64,000 nt of DNA, taken from assembly GCA_036678685.1 (NCBI GenBank), contig JAZIHH010000001.1, positions 81,614 through 145,613 on the forward strand. Reading direction: 5' to 3'. Below, in pieces: positions 60,718-64,000 of this stretch (position 1 is the first letter of the stretch; every line of letters begins with the position of its first letter). A program made the translations under genes and the position numbers. Source of the DNA: Bacillota bacterium. GTDB taxonomy: Bacteria > Bacillota > UBA4882 > UBA10575. The notes under the pieces were generated by a model. It was not told where the DNA came from, searched no databases, and saw only the letters and a program-made list of their open reading frames with translations.

Positions 60718-61872
60718 ATGAAAAGCGGTAAAATAATAGTGCTCAGTTGTCTTGCTCTTTTTCTTTTGTTATTCTTATTAACTACTGTTACGCCGGCAAC
60801 CGGCAATTTACCTGAGGAAAACCCGGTGGCCGCCGAACTGAAAGTAAGGGTGAATCTCCTGGAAAAAGCTCTAAGGCCGCGGGATCCGGCGGCAACGGCC
60901 AAAGCATGGGCGGAGGGAGTAAAAGCCAGAAACGGCGCTTGGCAATACGCTCTCCTTGCCCCGGAGTTAAAAGCGGAGTATTACGAAAAGTTGGCGGCGA
61001 TGAACTGGTCGACCGGAACGTCAAGCCCATGGGTGGAAAAGTATGAAGTAACCGAGAGGTACAGGGTGAATGACGAACTCTACCGGTATGAGGTGAAATT
61101 CACCTATAAGGATTCAACCGCATCCACCTTTACCACGAAAGATTATATTACTGTACGCCGTTACGAGGATGCCTGGTTGATCGCGAAGGTCGAAAAGATG
61201 GAGGCGGAGGGTAAAATCACTAAATCGCCGGACGGGGAAACGGAGCAGACGATCATCTTGCTTGCCAATGAAAGCGCGGACTGGGGCGGCTATGACCGGG
61301 TGAATGTAGTTATCGGCAACGAAACAAAAATCTATAAAGGCCATACCGATCAGGAGTTGACCGTTGATGACCTGCAGGAGGGCGACAGGGTGGAGGTAGC
61401 CTTCACCGACGAGCCCAGGCTTATGATCTATCCGGTAACCGCCAAAGCAGAAACCATCCGTAAGATGGAGCCGGGAAATGGAGACCTGGTTTATGAAAAC
61501 ACCCAATACAAACTAGCCTTTTCCTTGCCCGGGACCTGGGAGGGTTACCGGGTGGTAACGGAAGAATGGGAAGGCCGGACCCCGGACGGAGAGATTGTCG
61601 AAACCGGGCCGGTTATTAAGATCAGGCATCCGGGATGGACGGTCGAGAACCCGCGGCAGGATATTCCGATCCTGGTCTTTACGCTTCGGCAATGGGAAAT
61701 GATACAAAAGGAAAAGTTTAATATTAGCGCCGCGCCCATCGGCCCAAAGGAACTCGGGCGGAATAAGCAATATGTTTTTGCCCTGCCGGCCCGGTATAAC
61801 TATGCTTTTCCTCCCGGTTACGAGGAAGTGGAGGAGATATTGACGGACAACCCGCTCCTGCCGCTTTTTTAA
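60718..61872 (+). CDS. secreted or membrane-anchored hypothetical protein
   Basis: 384 aa with an AAAGGGGGG RBS and the signal/anchor LSCLALFLLLFLLTTVTPATG. No family recognised. Confidence 0.65.
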   Translation: MKSGKIIVLSCLALFLLLFLLTTVTPATGNLPEENPVAAELKVRVNLLEKALRPRDPAATAKAWAEGVKARNGAWQYALLAPELKAEYYEKLAAMNWSTGTSSPWVEKYEVTERYRVNDELYRYEVKFTYKDSTASTFTTKDYITVRRYEDAWLIAKVEKMEAEGKITKSPDGETEQTIILLANESADWGGYDRVNVVIGNETKIYKGHTDQELTVDDLQEGDRVEVAFTDEPRLMIYPVTAKAETIRKMEPGNGDLVYENTQYKLAFSLPGTWEGYRVVTEEWEGRTPDGEIVETGPVIKIRHPGWTVENPRQDIPILVFTLRQWEMIQKEKFNISAAPIGPKELGRNKQYVFALPARYNYAFPPGYEEVEEILTDNPLLPLF

Positions 61873-61932
61873 CCGCCGGGCCCCTCTTGCCAGAAAGTAC
61901 CCGGGAAGTACCGGGCGCGCGCTTTTGGCCGG

Positions 61933-62694
61933 TCATCCGTCTTCCCGTAACATCGACCGCAGGGTTTTAAGGGCCATTTTCTCCAAACGGCTGACATGAA
62001 CCTGGGAGACTCCGATTTCCCTGGCAATCTCTTCCTGGGTTTTTTCGCGGAAAAAACGCGCTTCCACGATTAATTTTAAGCGCGGCTCCAAGCGGGCCAA
62101 CGCTTCCCGCAGGGAAAACTCGTCCATCCATTTTTCTTCCGGTTCTTCACCGACACGGTCCGCCAGGGTGAGCGGGACTCCGTCCTCCTCAAGGACGACT
62201 TCCTGAAGGGAAGAGACGGGCCTGGCGATTTCCAGGGCGGCGGCAATTTCCTCCCGGCTAAGTTTTGTCTCGTTTTCCAGTTCGGAGATGGTCGGTTCTT
62301 TTCCGTAACGGGCAAAAAACTCCCGGCGCGCCTTATATATCCGGAGGGCACGGTCTTTTAAACCCCTGTCGGCTTTGATCACGCCGTCTTCCCGGAGATA
62401 TTGTTTTACCTCTCCCATGATGGCCGGCACCGCATAAGTGGAAAACTTTACTTTTTTCGCAAGATCGAAGCGTTCGATGGCCTTCAGCAGACCCAGGGAA
62501 CCAATTTGCAACAAATCGTCAAATTCCACTCCCCGGCCGGTGAAACGCGCCACGATACTCCGTACCAGGCGAAAATTATGTTGCAACAGTTTCTCCTTGG
62601 CCCCCTGATCTCCCCCCTGGGCCAGAGCAATCAGGGACCGGGTCTCTTCATCGGACAAGAGACGGGCTCCGGCATCAATCCCCGGGTTTGTCAT
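61933..62694 (-). CDS. sigF: sporulation sigma factor SigF
   Basis: 253 aa with sigma-70 regions 2-4. It is the third gene after spoIIAA and spoIIAB. Confidence 0.93.
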   Translation of the reverse strand: MTNPGIDAGARLLSDEETRSLIALAQGGDQGAKEKLLQHNFRLVRSIVARFTGRGVEFDDLLQIGSLGLLKAIERFDLAKKVKFSTYAVPAIMGEVKQYLREDGVIKADRGLKDRALRIYKARREFFARYGKEPTISELENETKLSREEIAAALEIARPVSSLQEVVLEEDGVPLTLADRVGEEPEEKWMDEFSLREALARLEPRLKLIVEARFFREKTQEEIAREIGVSQVHVSRLEKMALKTLRSMLREDG

Positions 62695-63118
62695 GGTCTT
62701 TACCCCGTTCCGGGTTTTTTTTCATCACCACCCGGGTCCCTTTTCCCGGTTCCGACTCAATCGTCATCTCGTCCATAAATGATTCCATAAAAACAAGCCC
62801 TAATCCCATCCGCTCCGGATCCGTGGAATAAGCGGGCGTCCTCGCCAAAGCAAGGTCGTCAATGCCGCAGCCGTAATCAATCACCACGATCTCCAGAGTT
62901 CCGTCTTTGATCGCCAGTTCCAAGCGGATTTCTCCGGTGGTGTCACGGTAGCCGTGAATAACACAGTTGGATACAGCTTCGGAAACCGCCACCCTTATCT
63001 CCTCCAACTCGCTAAGGGTAAAATCCAACTGGGCGGCAAAAGAAGCAACAATCACCCGTGAAAGACTGATATTCTCCGGTAAACTGGGAAATTCAACCCG
63101 TAAATAATTGGTTTTCAT
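62675..63118 (-). CDS. spoIIAB: anti-sigma F factor (serine kinase) SpoIIAB
   Basis: Trimmed to the ATG at 63118 (MKTNYLRVEFPSLPENISLSRVIVASFAAQLDF...), with GHKL motifs. Confidence 0.92.
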   Translation of the reverse strand: MKTNYLRVEFPSLPENISLSRVIVASFAAQLDFTLSELEEIRVAVSEAVSNCVIHGYRDTTGEIRLELAIKDGTLEIVVIDYGCGIDDLALARTPAYSTDPERMGLGLVFMESFMDEMTIESEPGKGTRVVMKKNPERGKDHDKPGD

Positions 63119-63135
63119 CTTTTCGGCAGGCCTCC

Positions 63136-63474
63136 TCAAAGTGTGTTGAGGGCGTCCTGGGCTGTAGGACAAATGGTCATGATTTTTAACAAACCGGACA
63201 AGGCAAACAACTTTTCCAAATGCGGCGGGACATTGACGGCGATCATTTTTCCGCCCCGTTGCGAAATGCTCTTAAAACGCCCGAGAATGACACCCAAACC
63301 GGAACTGTCGATAAAAGATGTCTCGCCCAGATCCAGGATGAGGTGACGAAAACTTTCAAAGTGTTTCAATTCTTCTTCTATTTTGTCGCGGAAAACAGGT
63401 GAAGTGGATAAATCCAATTCGCCGCTGACCTTGACTACCAAAGCGCTGCCGGCCCGGGTCACCTCAATATTCAA
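63136..63474 (-). CDS. spoIIAA: anti-sigma F factor antagonist SpoIIAA (STAS)
   Basis: Trimmed to the TTG at 63474, which follows a GGGGGA RBS. It reads (M)NIEVTRAGSALVVKVSGELDL...FIDSSGLGVILG, containing the phosphorylatable DSSG serine. Confidence 0.9.
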   Translation of the reverse strand: MNIEVTRAGSALVVKVSGELDLSTSPVFRDKIEEELKHFESFRHLILDLGETSFIDSSGLGVILGRFKSISQRGGKMIAVNVPPHLEKLFALSGLLKIMTICPTAQDALNTL

Positions 63475-63494
63475 CCAACTTCCCCCTTCACTTG

Positions 63495-63540
63495 CATCTT
63501 TTGGAATTAGTTTTCGGCATTTTTTCTTTTTCTCCTGCCC
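63495..63540 (-). promoter_or_regulatory. possible sigma-H-type promoter with an overlapping Spo0A box for the spoIIA operon
   Basis: On the minus strand, GCAGGAGAA (-35 like RNAGGAWWW), an 11-nt spacer and GCCGAAA (-10 like RNNGAAT, one mismatch). TGCCGAA at 63513..63519 matches the 0A box TGNCGAA. Confidence 0.3.
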
Positions 63541-63663
63541 CAAAAGGCCGGGACAAAAGAAAAAATATCCATGCCCCTTGGCTGTTCTTCATCTTCTGGA
63601 AGAGGTTGAAAGGTATAGAAAATATAAAACCGGCCCCGGGCCGGAAAGTAAATTTCATCTGCA

Positions 63664-63706
63664 CAACAGAGAAAACCCGCCGGCGAACCGGTCGCACAGG
63701 CGGGCG
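63664..63706 (-). terminator. terminator after dacF, with a second hairpin plus U-tract at 63618..63644
   Basis: On the minus strand, CCCGCC...GGCGGG is followed by TTTTCTCTGTT. Further downstream, CCGGCC-CGG-GGCCGG is followed by TTTTATATTTT. Confidence 0.55.
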
Positions 63707-63733
63707 GAGAGGTTCGGCCGGAAAGGTCGCGTT

Positions 63734-64000
63734 TCAGCCGGAAGCACTTAAAAAACTGGTGAAGAAATCTTTGGCTACCTGTAATAGAAAGCGGAAAAAC
63801 CCTACTTCCTTAACAGCGGCGTCGGCGACCAACTCTTGGCGGATTTTCACTTCGCCACCCATTTTTACCAGTATTTCCCCCACAGGTTGGCCCTGGGCGA
63901 TTGGCGCCTTGCTATTTGACGGCAGGATGACTTCCACTTCCGACTGCTCTTGTTCCTCCCTTTTGACGACCAGCGTCAAATCTTCCGGCACCATCACGTC
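63734..64000 (-). CDS. dacF: D-alanyl-D-alanine carboxypeptidase (DacF-like), C-terminal fragment continuing beyond the window end
   Basis: The ORF is open to the window edge. A PBP5 C-terminal beta-sandwich-like sequence (...PIAQGQPVGEILVKMGGEVKIRQELVA...) lies directly upstream of spoIIAA, as in the Bacillus dacF-spoIIA operon. Confidence 0.6.
   Translation of the reverse strand, partial: DVMVPEDLTLVVKREEQEQSEVEVILPSNSKAPIAQGQPVGEILVKMGGEVKIRQELVADAAVKEVGFFRFLLQVAKDFFTSFLSASG

Overview
This is a 64-kb chromosomal core segment from an anaerobic, endospore-forming Firmicute (Clostridia-like, moderately GC-rich). About 95% of the genes lie on the minus strand. I saw no transposase, integrase, CRISPR array, rRNA or prophage genes.

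Gene content in window order (minus-strand genes are transcribed right to left):
- recO (N-terminal fragment), DUF2905 gene, queH, ruvB, ruvA, ruvC.
- M28 peptidase (plus strand), a YteA-like zinc-finger protein, a DUF5665-like protein.
- A putative spore-envelope locus: a GT4 glycosyltransferase, two tandem giant DUF3794/SPOCS-like repeat proteins, a CAP/YkwD protein and a GerE-like regulator.
- A hydrogenase-associated sensory/regulatory operon: DRTGG, RsbW-like kinase, HydS-like sensory [FeFe]-hydrogenase homologue, DRTGG, PHP, NuoE-like, GHKL ATPase, NuoF-like. It has no catalytic HydA.
- A SPOR protein, then a truncated dcw cluster: mraZ, rsmH, ftsL, a class B PBP, murE, murF, mraY, ftsW/spoVE, murA.
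- An AT-rich gap holding a beta-barrel-like secreted protein.
- pnp, rpsO, a NIF3-like gene, cvpA (fused to a Cys-rich tail), zapA.
- An Opp/Dpp-type ABC importer whose binding protein appears circularly permuted.
- A nitroreductase, a membrane protein, then pheST with a Phe T-box leader.
- A YqzL-like micro-ORF, tRNA-Val(GAC), a MATE exporter.
- A free-standing candidate small RNA with its own promoter and terminator.
- A second hydrogenase operon: 2Fe-2S ferredoxin, hydC, hydB, hydA.
- ltaE, folK, folP, a YkgJ-like Cys-cluster protein, a secreted hypothetical (plus strand).
- The sporulation operon dacF(3' end)-spoIIAA-spoIIAB-sigF.

Most interesting leads:
- The circularly permuted family-5 binding protein and its unusual ABC operon.
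- The hydrogenase system split into a sensory NuoEF locus and a catalytic locus with atypical H-cluster motifs.
- The seven-module DUF3794 repeat gene pair.
- The orphan small RNA.

All calls come from reading the sequence and ORF translations. No database search was run.
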